Shown here: piece after piece, positions 25,927-39,584 of the stretch
Layout: every line of letters starts with the position of its first letter
How positions within the stretch are numbered: the first letter of the stretch is position 1
Assembly (NCBI RefSeq): GCF_902713615.1
Contig: NW_024056025.1
Span: forward strand, 646,657-710,656
From: Scyliorhinus canicula
Taxonomy: Eukaryota
Direction: 5' to 3'
DNA length: 64,000 nt
Made by a program: the position numbers and the translations under genes
Notes under the pieces: generated by a model
Seen by the model: only the letters and a program-made list of their open reading frames with translations
Database searches by the model: none
What the model was told of the DNA's origin: nothing

Positions 25927-27831
25927 TAAATCATGTTGTCGATTAAACACAATGACCCATCGTGGAAAGACACAGAGAGAGATAGGATACAGGAAAACTT
26001 TACGAACACACTTTGCATGTCTTTATATTTAGAGATTAAAGGGAATCTTTCCTAATTGTGAACATGGATATCATCATGAAATTCTTCTCATATAACTGAT
26101 GAATGAAAAATGTCGAAAAACAATCAGTACCGTTGATCTATTTGCATCTTTGGCTTTATTTCTGTGCTGTGTTGGTGTGGAAACATTTGTTTTGTTTTTC
26201 TCAGTCCGCAATCTAATCTGGAACTTCTATTTCTGTGTTTATTTACATAAACACCTCACTAGTCACAATGAAGTGTTCATTTCAGCAAAACCAGGTAAAC
26301 ACAATCACGTATTGATTAGTTTCAACTCAAAATAGCGGTTTATTTTAAGAATATTGACAGTTGGTTAAAATGAACAGAAACTTCCATTAGAACAGATGTT
26401 ATTTAATTGAAAGAAAAAATCCATTTAAATTAAGTATTCATTCTGAAAGTTATGAAGCCTCAGTTAAGAAAGCATATTTAACCAGCTACTTTTCCACTGA
26501 ATGTTAATTTGATTGAAATATTGACCAATTTAAAGTAGATAAATTAAAACATCAGGCAGAGGAGAAATCAATAGCCACGTTAATCTCAGATCTTTCGACA
26601 TATTACAACCTACATTTTAAAATGTTAACATTTGGAAAGAGCTTGCTTTTGTAAAACCCTTTACCCGACCTCAGGTCACCTCACCATCAACGCCCTTAAA
26701 ACTCACTGATATATTTTTGCTGAATTTAGTCTCTGTTGTAATGTTGGAAACAGAGCAGGGAATTTGTGCACAGCAAGCTCCCACAAACTGAGATGTGATA
26801 AGTGACCAGCTAATCTGTGATTTTAGTTAAAGAATGGACATTGGACGAGAATAATGGGAAAAACAGCTCTTAGAATTATGTCAGTGAGGTAATCCACCTG
26901 AAATGTGAGTCTGTTCCTCTCTCTGCTGATGCTCACTGACCTGCTAAGCAGCCTTTTTTGTTGTTTTTGTTTTAGATTTCCGGAATCTGCCGCACTTTGA
27001 AGAGTTTTGGATTCATTCTCGCCATACGGCCATCAGTGACAAAGTCAGCATTAACTGCCCATACTGAGAAGCCGGATGTGAACCACCTTTTTGATAAGGT
27101 GCACTTCAGGCGGTTAATTCGCATTTGACTTTCTGTAGCATCTTCCCGTCAACTGACTTGCTTGCTCGGCAATATCAGAGATAGTTAATATTCAACCCAT
27201 CATTGTTGAACCAGAGTCACATATGGGCCAGATAGGATAAGGAGGGAAGATTTCTTCTCCTGAAGGATGTTGGTGAACCTTCTGGGCTTTGGGAAATTTC
27301 GATAAATTCATCGGTATTATGAATTACACAACGATTGTTTTCTGATTTTTTGATTCATTCAATTGCAAGTCCCCACAGCTGCCATAAAACCATAAGATTG
27401 AGGAGCAGAAGTTGGCCATTCGACCCATGGAATATGATCTGCCATTCAATGACATCGTGGCTGATCTGACAAAATCCTCAACTCTACGTTTCCACCTTAT
27501 CCCCATAACCCTTGATTCCCTTACTGATGAAAAATCTGTCTTTCTCAGCCTTGAACATATTTATTGACCAGGCCAACTCTCTACGGCAAATAATTCTATA
27601 GAATCACTACCCTCTGACAGAAGAAATTCCTCTTCATCCTCATCTGAAATGAGTGGCACCTTACGCTGAGATTGTGGCCTATGGTCCTAGACTCTCCCAA
27701 AAGCGGGAACAACCTCTAGCATCTCCATTGTCAAGCCGCCTGAGAATACTATATATCTCAGTGACTTCGCCTCTCATTCTTCCAAACTCCAATGCGTGTA
27801 GGCCTAACCGACTTAAGCTCTCCCCATGTCA

Positions 27832-27895
27832 GCCTCTGTGGTGCAATTGGTCAGCGTGTTTGGCTGTTTATTGAAACGTCTGTGATTCAAAGCCA
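27832..27895 (+). pseudogene. tRNA-Asn-derived relic, 3'-truncated
   Basis: gcctctgtggtgcaattggtcagcgtgtttggctgtttattgaaacgtctgtgattcaa aligns by eye to vertebrate tRNA-Asn(GTT); the GTT anticodon is retained. Confidence 0.65.
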
Positions 27896-28559
27896 GATTC
27901 TTCTTTTTCTGCTGACAGGTAGAGCAACAATGGGTCAGAAGGTCTCTTTCTGTGCTGTGAAACGCTACCTCGCGTTGAAAATCCCTCCATACTCCGGCTT
28001 AATCTAAAGAACCTTCTCTGGACTGCCTCCCAAATATCTATCCTTATATAAGGATACCAAAACTGTTCACAGCATTACAATATACCCTGGTGGAATTTGT
28101 ACTCCTGTTTCTGGAGAGTAATTAGTTCAGGCCTCCAGATTACCAGTTTCGTAATAATATTGCAAGACTATCCCAAAGGCTGTAATATCATCACATCTAA
28201 AAGATGGAACGATTGACCATTAAACACTCCTTCTGCATTGGATCACAGGTCTGGATCATGTGCTCAGGTATCTGTTGTGGGAGGTGATAGTGATTCCACT
28301 GAGACAAAACTGTTAACCTATCATGATTTGTATTTTGACATTCTGAAATATTGCTCAGTGAATCTAAAGTTCAAACTATGGGTCCAGTGTTACATGGCCA
28401 ATTTAATTTTCAGAGGCTGTTCTGTTATTAGTCTTGGGTCTTATTCTGACACGATGGTAACGATGAATGGGAATTCCACTGGCTCCATATAAAATATCAG
28501 TTATTCCAAAAATAGCATCTAAATGCAAGCAAGGCAGAATCATATGCACAACTTGATCT

Positions 28560-29060
28560 TCCCACGGTCATAGCGGTTGGAAGCTGGGATTGTTTTCCTT
28601 AGGACCGAGCAGGTTATGGGAAGGCGTGGTAAAAATGGTCAAAATTAAGAATGGTTTTGTTTGATTAATTGGGAAGAAACTTCATTCACTGGCCGGAGGG
28701 TCAGAAAAAGAGGACACTGATTAATTAATTCCCCCCTCTGATTATAAACCGATCAAATTGCAACAGGACTAGACAGAGCGGATGCAGAAAGGGTGTTCCC
28801 GATGGTGGAGAACGAGGGGTCACCATCTAAGAATACGGGGTAAACCATTTAGGATTGAGATGAGGAGCAATGTCTTCACCCTGGGAGTCGTGAATCTGTG
28901 GAATTCTCTACCACAGAACGAAGTTGAGTCGGAAGTATTGCAGTTTTAAAGAAAGAGTTAGACATAGCTCTTGGGGATCAAAGCTCTAAAGGGCCCAAAT
29001 GAATCGGGGGAAAGCGGAACGGGCTCGATGGGCAGAATGGTCTACTCCTGCTCTATTTTT
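28560..29060 (+). mobile_element. Old CR1 3' fragment
   Basis: gtcgtgaatctgtggaattctctaccacag and the gggcagaatggtctactcctgctc tail match the CR1 3' end at 42.5-42.7 kb. Confidence 0.7.
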
Positions 29061-30674
29061 AATGTCACTGTATTACATCAAATCCATTCCTTCTCATGCC
29101 GAATGAGACCCTGTCTTCATTTATATTAAAGTAAACCATGTCGCTGTCTATACTACACTGTTCTGCTTGTGTTACACGCAATCAATACTACACTAGACCG
29201 TGCATATGATTATATTACATTAAGTTCCGCCTCTTTTATGTTCCACGGGAATTTGTCTCTTTACATCACACCAGGACCATTCCCCGTTGATATTTTACCG
29301 GACCATGTTCCTGTTGCCTGTCTCGATATTATAAATGATTGTATATATTTGCTTGTTTGTACTAGGACAATCATTGTTGATTTGGAGGTTATATTAATTC
29401 TTCTTCATACCTATAAGTAGTTCTATGAAATTTGCTCTGTATTTGTTCTGCTATCTGTGGGTAATATTGAGTTTGAAATTTTACCAACTTCCAAGGAATG
29501 AACTGGGCTTGAGGGACATGTCTACATATGAACAGCGATGCACAGGACTTTCCAAAAGCTAATGGAATTCTCTGTTTTGTTCAAAATGATGAATTTACTC
29601 TTGTGCTACACTCTATCCATAGGAAAGTTGTTTTCATGGTGAGGATTATTTTCCTGCCTAGTTTTATATTCACCAATCATCTGATACACAGGCAGTGTCA
29701 GACAGATCAGTGCTCTCACAGAATCACCAGATTGGCACCCACAGGATAAATGTCCACCCAACCATAGAACTCTCATCTGGTTAAGAAGAGCAAGTGAATT
29801 CTCTGCAAAAAGGGATTGACCGTTCGTGTAGGTGTGCATATAAAATATTGTTCTTGAGTTTTGCAACTGTAATCGATCAAGACGTAATGTTATCTTCAGA
29901 ATTAATTGTTTCACTTTGCGGTGTCTTCATGTGCCTCGGCCCTAAGCTCTGGTATGCATTCCGTACTCCTCTTTACCTCAATTCCCTTATTAAAATCACC
30001 CCATATAACCTGCCACGTCGACCAAGTTTTTAATCATCTGACCTAATAACTCTTTACGCATATATTAATCCAGACCCTGCAGCAGGAATGACTGCAATAG
30101 ACCCTACCTCAGTTTATAATATTCCAGACCCTGAATCAATAATCACTGCTCTATATCCTACATCATTTAAGGGTAATCAACCATTGTATCAGTAATTTCT
30201 GCACTAGAACCTGTCTCGGTTTCTGTTAGTCTGGACCCTGCATCAGTAATCACTGCACTAGATCCAATCTCAGTAGCACTGTTGCTTCACAGCGCTAGAG
30301 TCCCAGTCTGTGCGGAGTCTGCACGTTTTTCCCGTGTCTGCGTGGGTTTCCATCAGGTGCTCCGGTTTCCTCCCAGAAGTCCCGAAAGATGTGCTGTTAG
30401 GTAATCTGGACATTCTGAATTCTCCCTCTGTGCACCCAAACAGACGCCGGAATGTGGCGACTAGGAGCTTTTCAGTGACTTCATTGCAGTGCTAGTATCA
30501 GCGACCTTGTGACAAAACAGATTATTAGATTAGTTTAGGTTAATCTCCACCCTTATTGAGTGACAATCGGTTTAGACCTTGCCACAGAGTCATGGAGAGT
30601 TAGAGGTTTACAATACAGAAAGATGGCCATTACCCACCATATCTGCGGTGGCAATCAGGTACCTATCAGGTACT

Positions 30675-31012
30675 GGGCAGCACGGTAGCATAGTGGTTAG
30701 CATAAATGCTTCACAGCTCCAGGGTCCCAGGTTCGATTCCCGGCTGGGTCACTGTCTGTGCGGAGTCTGCACGTCCTCCCCGTGTGTGCGTGGGTTTCCT
30801 CCGGGTGCTCCGGTTTCCTCCCACAGTCCAAAGATGTGCGGGTTAGGTGGATTGGCCATGCTAAATTGCCCGTAGTGTCCTAATAGTAAGGTTAAGGGGG
30901 GGGGAGTTGTTGGGTTACGGGTATAGGGTGTATACGTGGGTTTGAGTAGGGTGATCATTGCTCGGCACAACATCGAGGGCCGAAGGGCCTGTTCTGTGCT
31001 GTACTGTTCTAT
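30675..31012 (+). mobile_element. Young SINE (HE1-like)
   Basis: Same family as 20561; absent from the paralogous position at ~34640. Confidence 0.92.
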
Positions 31013-33289
31013 AATTTCTATCTATTCTAAGATAGTCCATAGATCGTCTTCCTACCATAAAACCATAAGATACATGAGCAGAATTCGATCATTCAGCCAA
31101 TCGAGTGTGCTCCGCATTCAATCATGGCTGTTATGTTTCTAATAGCCTATCTCCTGCCTTCTCGCCATAACCCCATATCCCCTTATTAATCAAGAAACTA
31201 TCTATCTCTGTCAGCCTGTTTGGATATAGGGAAAGATCCTTCGGCACTGCCACATCAAATCCTCACCACTCTCCGATACAGAGTAAAGTTTTTCTCTCCA
31301 GTTCTCAATAAATACTACAAGGTAATTGAATGCTCGAACCACATTTTAGAGTAAACCCTCCGCTATGTACTCCAATTCATTGAATTCGATCCATTTAGTT
31401 GGAAGCCGATGAGGTGAGATTGGGCTGCGAGAATATATTAGACGCATGTTGACTTCATGGTGTCGATTAAAGACAATGACCTATCGTGGAGAGGCATGAC
31501 ACAGAACCAGTTAGGAGAAAGACACAGCGATCAGATACAGAAAATCTCTACGAACACATTTCGCATGTCATTATATTTCGAGATTGGAGGGAATCTTTGC
31601 TAATTCTGAACATGGATATCATCATGGCATTTTTCTCATATAACTGATGAAGAGACAAATATCCAAAAACAATCACTACCGGAATCCGTTGATCTATTTA
31701 CATCTTCATCTCTATTTCTGTGCTGTGTCGGTGGGGATATAGATGTTGTGCTTTTCTCAGTCCACAATCTAATCTGGGACTTCTATTGCTGTGTTTATTT
31801 ACATAAACACCTCACTGATCACAATGAAATGTTCATGTCAGCAAAACGAGATAAACACATTCACGCATTGATTAGTTTCAACTCAAAATAGCGGGTTATT
31901 TTAAGAATATTGACAGTTGGTTAAAATGAATAAAAACTTCCATTAGAACAGATGTTACTTAATTGAAAAAAAACGTTTAAATTAACTGTTCATTCTGAAA
32001 GTTCTGATACCTCAATTAATAAAGCATCTTTAACCAGCTACATTTCCACTGAATGTTAATTTGATTGAAATATTAACCGATTTAAAGTAGATAAATTAAA
32101 ACATTAGGCAGAGGAGTAACCGATAGTCACAATAATGTCAGTTATATCAAAATATTACAACTTGCATTTTAAAATGTTAACATTTGGAAAGAGCTTGCTT
32201 TTGTAAAACGCTTTACCCGACCTCAGGTCATCCCAAAGCCCTCAAAACTCACTGATATATTTTTGCTGAATTTAGTCAGTGCTCTACTATTGGAAACAGA
32301 GCAGGGAATTTGCGCAGAGCAAGCTCCCACAAGCTGAGATGTGATAAGTGACCAGCTAATCTGTGATTTATGTTCAAGAACGGACATTGTTGGAGGATAC
32401 TGGGAAAAGCAGCTCTGCTCTTTAGCATTATGTCAATGTGGTAATCCACCTGAAATGTGAATCTGTTCCTCTCTCTGCTGATGCTCACAGACGTGCTGAG
32501 CTTCCATTTTTTTTTTGTTTTTGTTTCAGATTTCTGGAATCTGCAGCACTTTGCACAGTTTTCAAAAATTCATTCTCGGCATATGAACTTCACCGGTAAA
32601 GTCAGCATTAACTGTCCATCCTGAGAAGCCGTATGTGAACCACCTTTTTGATAAGGTGCACTTCGGGCGGTTTAATTCACATTTGACTTTCTGTAGCATC
32701 TTTTCTTCGACTGACTTGCTTGCTCGGCAATATCAGAGGTAGATAAGCGTCAACCATATCACTGCTGACCTAGTCCATACAGGCCAGACAGGTAACGAGG
32801 GAAGATTTCTTCTCCAAAAGGATGTTGGTTAACCTGCTGGGCTTTGGGAAATTTTGATAACTTCATCAGTATTATGAATGACATGACGATTTTTATTTCT
32901 GAGTTATTAATTAATTTAATTGCATGTCCCCCAGCTGCCATAAAACCATAAGATGGAGGAGCAGAAGTTGGCCATTCGACCCTTGGAATCTGATCTGCCA
33001 TTCAATGAGATAGTGGCTGACCTGGCCTCTTAAACTCTCTGCGGCAATGAATTCCATAGAATCACTCCCATCTAGGAAAATAAATTCCTCCTCATTCTCG
33101 TCTGAAATGAGCGGCACCTCACTCTGAGATTGTGCCCTATGGTCCGAGACTCTCCTACAAGCAGAAACAACCTCGAGCATCCACACTGTCAAGCTCCTTG
33201 ATACTACTACTTATCTCAGTAAGCTCGCCTCTCATTCTTCTAAACTCCAATGCTTGTCTGCCTTACCAACTTAACCTCTCCTCATGTCA

Positions 33290-33363
33290 GCCTCTGTGGT
33301 GCAATTTGTCAACGTGTTTGGCTGTAAACCGAAAGGTCTGTGGTTTAAGACCATCTAGGGGCG
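33290..33363 (+). pseudogene. tRNA-Asn pseudogene (74 nt; anticodon reads GTA instead of GTT)
   Basis: gcctctgtggtgcaatttgtcaacgtgtttggctgtaaaccgaaaggtctgtggtttaagaccatctaggggcg is colinear with tRNA-Asn; A and B boxes are decayed. Confidence 0.75.
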
Positions 33364-34689
33364 GATTCTTCCCTATTTGATGACAAGCACAATAATGATG
33401 GGCTGAAGGACCTCTTTCTGTGCTGTGAAATTCCAGCTACGTATGAAAATCCATCCAGACCGGAGATTAGCCCAATGAACTTTCTCTGGACTGCCTCCAA
33501 AATATCTATCCTTAGGTAAGGAGTCCAAAATTGCTCACATCATTGCAATATGCCCTGCTGGAATTTGAACACCAGTCTCTGGAGTAATAGTTCAGGCCAG
33601 TCCAGTAATAATATTGCGAGGCAGCCCTAAGACTGAAATATCATCAGATCTAAAAGATGGAGCAACTGAAAGATAAAATACTCCTGCATTGGATGACAGG
33701 TCTGGATCATGGGCTCGGGTATCTGTTGTGGAGGTGATATTGATTCGACTGAAACAAGACCGTTAACCCATCATAGTTTGCATTTTGACATTACATTCTG
33801 AAATATTGCTCAGTGTATCTACAGTTCTAACTCTGGGTCCAGCGTGACATGGGTCAATTTAATTTTCAGAGGCTGGTCTTTTATTAGTCTTGTGTCTTAC
33901 TCTGACACGTTGGTCATGGTGAATGGGAATTCCACTGGCTCCATATAAAATGTCAGTAATTCCGGAAATAGGGTCTGAAAGCAAGCAGGTTATGGGCAGT
34001 CGTGGTAACAAGGTTCAAAATTATGAAAGGTTTTGTTTGATTAATTAGGAAGAAACTTCATTAACTGGCAGGAGGGTCAGAAATCAAAAGACAGTAATTA
34101 ATGAAATATTAATTCTCTCCCTCTGATTATAAACCTATGATTATTTTCCTGCCTCGATTTATATTAACCAATCATCTGATGCACTGGCAGAGTTAGACAG
34201 AACCGTGTTCTCATATGATCGCCAGGATGTTAATGGTGGCACCCCCCCCCCCCCCCCCGCCCCCCCCCAAAGGAGAAATGGCCACCCAATCATAAAACAC
34301 TACTCTGGTTAAGAAGAGCAACTAAAATCGGTGCAAAGGCGTATTGGCCATTCGCGCAGGTGTGCAAATGAAACATCTTTCTGAATTTTTGCCACTCACT
34401 CCAGTCGATCAAGACGTATTGTTATCTTCAGAATTATTTGGTTCACTTTGCGATGACTTCATACGTCTCGGTACTAAGCTCTGGTATTCATTCCCTACTC
34501 CACTTTACCTCAACCCCTTATTAAAATCATCATCCTGCATTAGTGATCATTGCTTTAGACTCTGCTCTAGAGTCATGGAGACAGCGTTTTACAGTATAGA
34601 AAGATACCCTTCCACCCACCATCTCTGCGAAGGCAATCAAGCCCCTATCTATTCTAAGATCGCCCATAGATGGTCTTCCTACCATAAAA

Positions 34690-36840
34690 TCATAAAACAT
34701 AGGAGCAGAACCCGGCCTTTCAGTCCACTGAGTCTGCTCCGCATTCAATCATGACTGTTATGTTTCTAATCCCCATTCTCCTGCCTTCTCCCCATTATCC
34801 CTGGTCCCCTTATTAATCAATAACCTGTCTGTCTCTATGTTAAAGACACTCAGTGATTTGGCCTCCACAGCCTTCTGCGGGAATGAGTTCCACAGATTCA
34901 AGACCCACTGGCTGAATAAATTTATCCTCTTCTCAGTTTTGAAGGATCATCCCTTAAATCTGAGGCTGTGCCCTCGGGTTCTAGTTTCACCTACTAGGCC
35001 TCTCGCTATTCTGTAAGTTTCAATGTGACCCCCATCCCCACCCCCCCCCCTTCGCCCTTCATCTTAAGTTCCCTACTCCCCTCACAGCAGCTCATCCTTC
35101 TAATCTCTATCAAGTACAGACCCAGAGTCCTCAACCGCTCCTCGTATGACAAATCCGTCATTCCGAGGATTAGTCTTTTGAATCTCCTCTGGAGCTTCTC
35201 CAAGGCCAGCACATCGTTTCTTAGATAAGGTAACCAAAACTGCTCACAATATTCCAAATGGTGTCTGACCAGAGCCTTATAGAACCTCAACAGTTATATC
35301 CCTGCTCTTGTAATCTAGCCCTCGCAACATGAATGCTAACATTGCATTTGTCTTCCTAGCTGCCAACTGAGCCTGCATGTTAACCTTAAGAGAATCGTCA
35401 ACTAGAATTCCTAAGTACATTTGAGCTTCTGATTTCCTCAGCCCTACCCCAATTAAAAAATACTCTATGTCTCCTCCGAAATGCAGAACCTCACACTTTT
35501 CTCCATTATATTCCAAATGCCACTTCTTTGCACACTCTCTTAGCCTGACCAGGTCTTTCTGCAGCCTCTCTGCTTCCTCAGCACAATCTGTCCCTCTACG
35601 TATCTGAGCATCATCTGAAAACGTAGCACTAGTGCCCTCAGTTCAAAAGTAATAATAAAAACCTTTATCAGCTTTTACATTACATCAGCCTTTAAAGGCT
35701 TCCGTATCCTCTGACATCCCCTTAATCTTCGCCACATTGTTTGCTTATTCCTTTGTTTTTATGCTGTCCTTGACTTCCCTTGTGAACCATGGTTGCTCTG
35801 GCCTCCCCTTAGCATGGTTCCTCCTCTTTGCGATTAATTATTGTAGTACCGAATAATTCCCAAAACGTCCTGCTACTGCTGTTCCAATGTCTTCCCTGCT
35901 GGGCTCCCTTTCCAATCAACTCTGGCCAGCTCCTCCCTTTATCTTTCTTGGTACCTTTATTCAATTGTAATACCGTTACATTTCATTACAGCTTCTACCT
36001 CCCAAACAGCAGGGTGAATTCTATCATATTGTGGTCATTGCCCGTGAGGGTTCCTTCATCTTAAGTTCCCTACTCAAGTGTACCTCATTACTGGGCAGCA
36101 CGGTGGCCTAGTGGTGAGCACAGCCGCCTCACGGCGCTGAAGTCCCAGGCTCGACTCTGGGTCACTGTCCGTGTGGAGTTTGCACATTCTCCCCGTGTCT
36201 GCGTGGGTTTCACCCCCACAACCCACAAATGTGCAGAGTAGGTGGATTGGCCACGCTAAATTGCCCCTTAATTGGAAAAAATAATTGGGTAATCTAAATT
36301 AAAAAAAAAAAAGTGTACCTCATTACATATCACCAAATGCAGAATTGCTTGTTCACGACTGGGCTCTATCACAAGCTGCTCCAAAAATACTTCTCCTCGA
36401 TATTCCACAAATTCTGTTTCTTGGGACGTGCTACGAACCTGACTTTCCCTGTCCTCCTGCTTATTGAAGTCCCCCATGATCATTATAATATTGCCTCTCT
36501 CTCCTGATTTATTTTCTGCCCCACTATCTGACTACGGCTCGGGGGCTGTACGTAACTCCCATCAGGGTCTTTTTTCCTTTGCGATTCGTCAACTCTGCCC
36601 ACAGAGATTCTATGCCTTCTGACCCTAAATTGCTTCTTGCTATCGAGTTAATTTCATTCCTTACTCACAATGCAACCCCGGCCCCTTTTCCCATCTGCCT
36701 GTCTTTTCAGTAGGACATCTATCCTTTGATATTTAGATCCCAGACCTGATCCCCTAGCAGCCACGTCTCTGTGATGTCCGTAACATCGTACCCACCAATT
36801 TCAATGTGTGCAATGAGTTCATTTACCTTGTTCCGTATAC
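34690..36840 (-). mobile_element. Old CR1 fragments (RT and endonuclease parts), interrupted by a SINE
   Basis: Minus-strand remnants MEYNGEKCEVLHFG, LVRHHLEYCEQFW, IMGDFN...FLEQLVIEPSREQAILHLVICNE. Confidence 0.8.
36093..36312 (+). mobile_element. SINE with a poly(A) tail and a 16-bp target-site duplication
   Basis: gggcagcacggtggcctagtggtgagc...aaaaaaa; AAGTGTACCTCATTAC at 36076-36091 and 36311-36326. Confidence 0.9.
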
Positions 36841-37174
36841 ATAGAACATAGAACAGTACAGCACAGAACAGCCTCTTCGGCCCTCGATGTTGTGCCGAAC
36901 AATGATCACCCTACTCAAACCCACGTATCCACCCTATACCCGTAACCCAACGCCCCCCCCCCCCAACCTTACTTTTTAGGACACTACGGGCAATTTAGCA
37001 TGGCCAATCCACCTAACCCGCACATCTTTGGACTGTGGGAGGAAACCAGAGCACCCAGAAGAAACCCATGCACACACGGGGAGGACGTGCAGACTCCACA
37101 CAGACAGTGACCCAGCCGGGAATCGAACCTGGAACCCTGGAGCTGTGAAGCATTTATGCTAACCACCATGCTAC
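36841..37174 (-). mobile_element. Young SINE (HE1-like)
   Basis: Same family as 20561. Confidence 0.92.
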
Positions 37175-37579
37175 ATACTGTGCACATTTAGGTACAACAC
37201 CCCCAGTTCTGCGTTGACCACCCCTTCTCTACGTTGTCCTTTTTTCTGCTGTGCCTGAAGTTGTATACCTGCCCCTTTCCATATTCCCTACTCTAGTATG
37301 TGTTCTGGAAACTTTATAACCTCCCCTGAGCCCTCGGCCGATTTTACTCGGTTAATGGCCTGATCATTAACCTGCACTCTCATATTGTCTTTTAACTTTG
37401 GTTTTCTAATTTTTCATACAACCGACCCGCGCCCCCCCCCCCCCCCCCCCCCCCAATATTTAGTTTTAATGCATCACTTCTGAACATTGAATTTTATCTG
37501 CCACGTTTCTGCCTGTGTACATGAAAAAGCCAGTGACCTGTTGCTGCCAGGCTGGACGCATCCTTGTTACAACACCAGG

Positions 37580-38045
37580 GAAGGCGGGACTGTCATATGA
37601 GGAGAGATTGACTACGTCAGGATTGTTCTCGCTGGAGTTCAGAAGAATGAGTGGGGATCTGATGGAGACTTATAAAATTCTAACAGGACTCGCAGGGTAG
37701 ATGCAGGGAAGATGCTACCACTGATGGGTGTGTCCAGAACCAGGGGTCATAGTCAGAGGATTCAGGGTAAACCATTTCAGACAGAGATGAGGAGACATTT
37801 CTTCACCCAAAGAGTGGTGAGCCTGTGGAATTCATTACCACAGGAAAAAGTTGGTCCTAAAACATTGAATTTATTCAAGCAGCGGCTAGATATAACACTT
37901 GGGGAGAATGGGATGAAAGCTATGGGGAGAAAGCAGGATTAGGCTATTGAGTTGGATGATCAGCCATGATCGTGATAAATGGCAGAGCAGGCTCGAAGGG
38001 CCAAAAGGCCTCCTCATGCCCCTAACTTCTATGTATCTATGTATG
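37580..38045 (+). mobile_element. Old CR1 3' fragment
   Basis: LSYEERL..GLFSLEFRRMSGDLMETYKIL and FFTQRVVSLWNSLP, followed by a (TATG)n tail. Confidence 0.8.
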
Positions 38046-39584
38046 TAATCCTCTTTCCTGTTTACTACATTGTCAATTTGGGAGACAAATGCAACTTTTC
38101 AATTGCTGTCCTGTGAACCCTAGTCCCGAGTCCTGTCTATTAATATATAACAGAAACATAATTGCTGCTAATATTACCCACTGGAGAATAGCACTCTGTA
38201 CCCCACCCAATCTGAAACAATTGTTCTCAACTGTCCCTTGGTCACTTTTGTAGACATTCTGCTCCTGCCACTTTAATCGCCTGAGCATCAGTTTTGCTCA
38301 GTTTTCAAATATAACACAGATATTAAGACATTAGTCCCAGGCCTTTCCATTCCCTGCGACCCATCATAATTCGAAGGACAGGTTTAGTAACGCTCTGCTT
38401 ATCTGAACTATTTCGTCAAATTCTCGCAGTTCAGATATAGGACAGGTTTGTATACAGAGCAAACCTTCCTGCACACTGATCCACCAAACACTCTCAGGGC
38501 AAATGCATCACATGTTTCGATGAAGAATAAAGATTCCTGAACCCTGTCGCATAATATACTCCCAGGGTCCCAACAGGAAACATTTTGTTACTGAGTAAAC
38601 GCCCCTTAACAATCTCCCCTCAAATACTCGAAGGACAGGTACAGTACAGAGTAAAGCCCCCTCCACAATATCCGCCAACTAACATGTGAAGGACAGGTAA
38701 AGCAAATGTAAGGAAGAGAGCCTCAGTAAAGCTTCTTCTTTGCCGTACCATCAGATACTTGCAGGGCAGGGAAAACGCAGGGCATGTGGAGAGTAAAGTT
38801 CCCCATATTCCGTCCCATTAATTGGTGTATAAAACAAAGGAACTGTTTGTGCAAGATTTTGGTGTGAAAATGTCCACGCACACACACAAAGACTCAGAAA
38901 AAAGCACATATGTCTTAATGTATATAATCTCAAGCGTGTAACGGTGAACACCACTCTCGGCCCTACATTGATTAACATTGAACTTGGGCTGTCCCTGCAA
39001 TCGACCCTGTCTCGCTTTGTACGAATATATACCCTGAATCAGTAATCACTGCATTAGACCTCATCTCAGTTTTCGTTAATTTAGACCCTGCATCAATAAT
39101 TACAGCACTGGAATCTGTCTCACTTTATATTAATTTCGACGCTCTATCAGCAATTAGTGCACTAAAACCCTGTCGAAATTCACATTACTGAAGACCCCCC
39201 CCCCCCCCCCCCATCAGAAATCACTGCAAGCGCCCCTGTCTCAGTTTATATTAATCTAGAACCTGTATCAGGAATTATTGTACTAGATCCTGCATCAGTT
39301 TATATATAGTTTAGGCTTTGTTGTATTACATAGAAGTATAGAAGCACAGGCGGGAATAGGCCATTCGGCCCCTTGAACTTGCTCTTCCATTCATTATGAT
39401 CGTAGCTGATCATCCAACTCAGTAAGCTGTTCTCGCTTGCCCTCCATATCCTTTGATCCCCATAGCCACAATAACTATATATAATTCCTTCCAGTAAACA
39501 TACAAAGTTTTGACCTCAATTGTTTTGTGTGGCAGAGAATTCCACAGGCTCACCGCTCAAGGTCAATAAATTTCTCCTCATCTA

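Larger units (their letters stand above)
25318..34830. repeat. Old tandem segmental duplication: copy 1 ~25318-31210, copy 2 ~31212-34830 with internal deletions
   Basis: Colinear anchors, e.g. catttggaaagagcttgcttttgtaaaac (~26630 and ~32182), ctctgattataaacc (~28736 and ~34122), ctggttaagaagagcaa (~29778 and ~34306), tctattctaagat (~31021 and ~34647). Confidence 0.85.
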
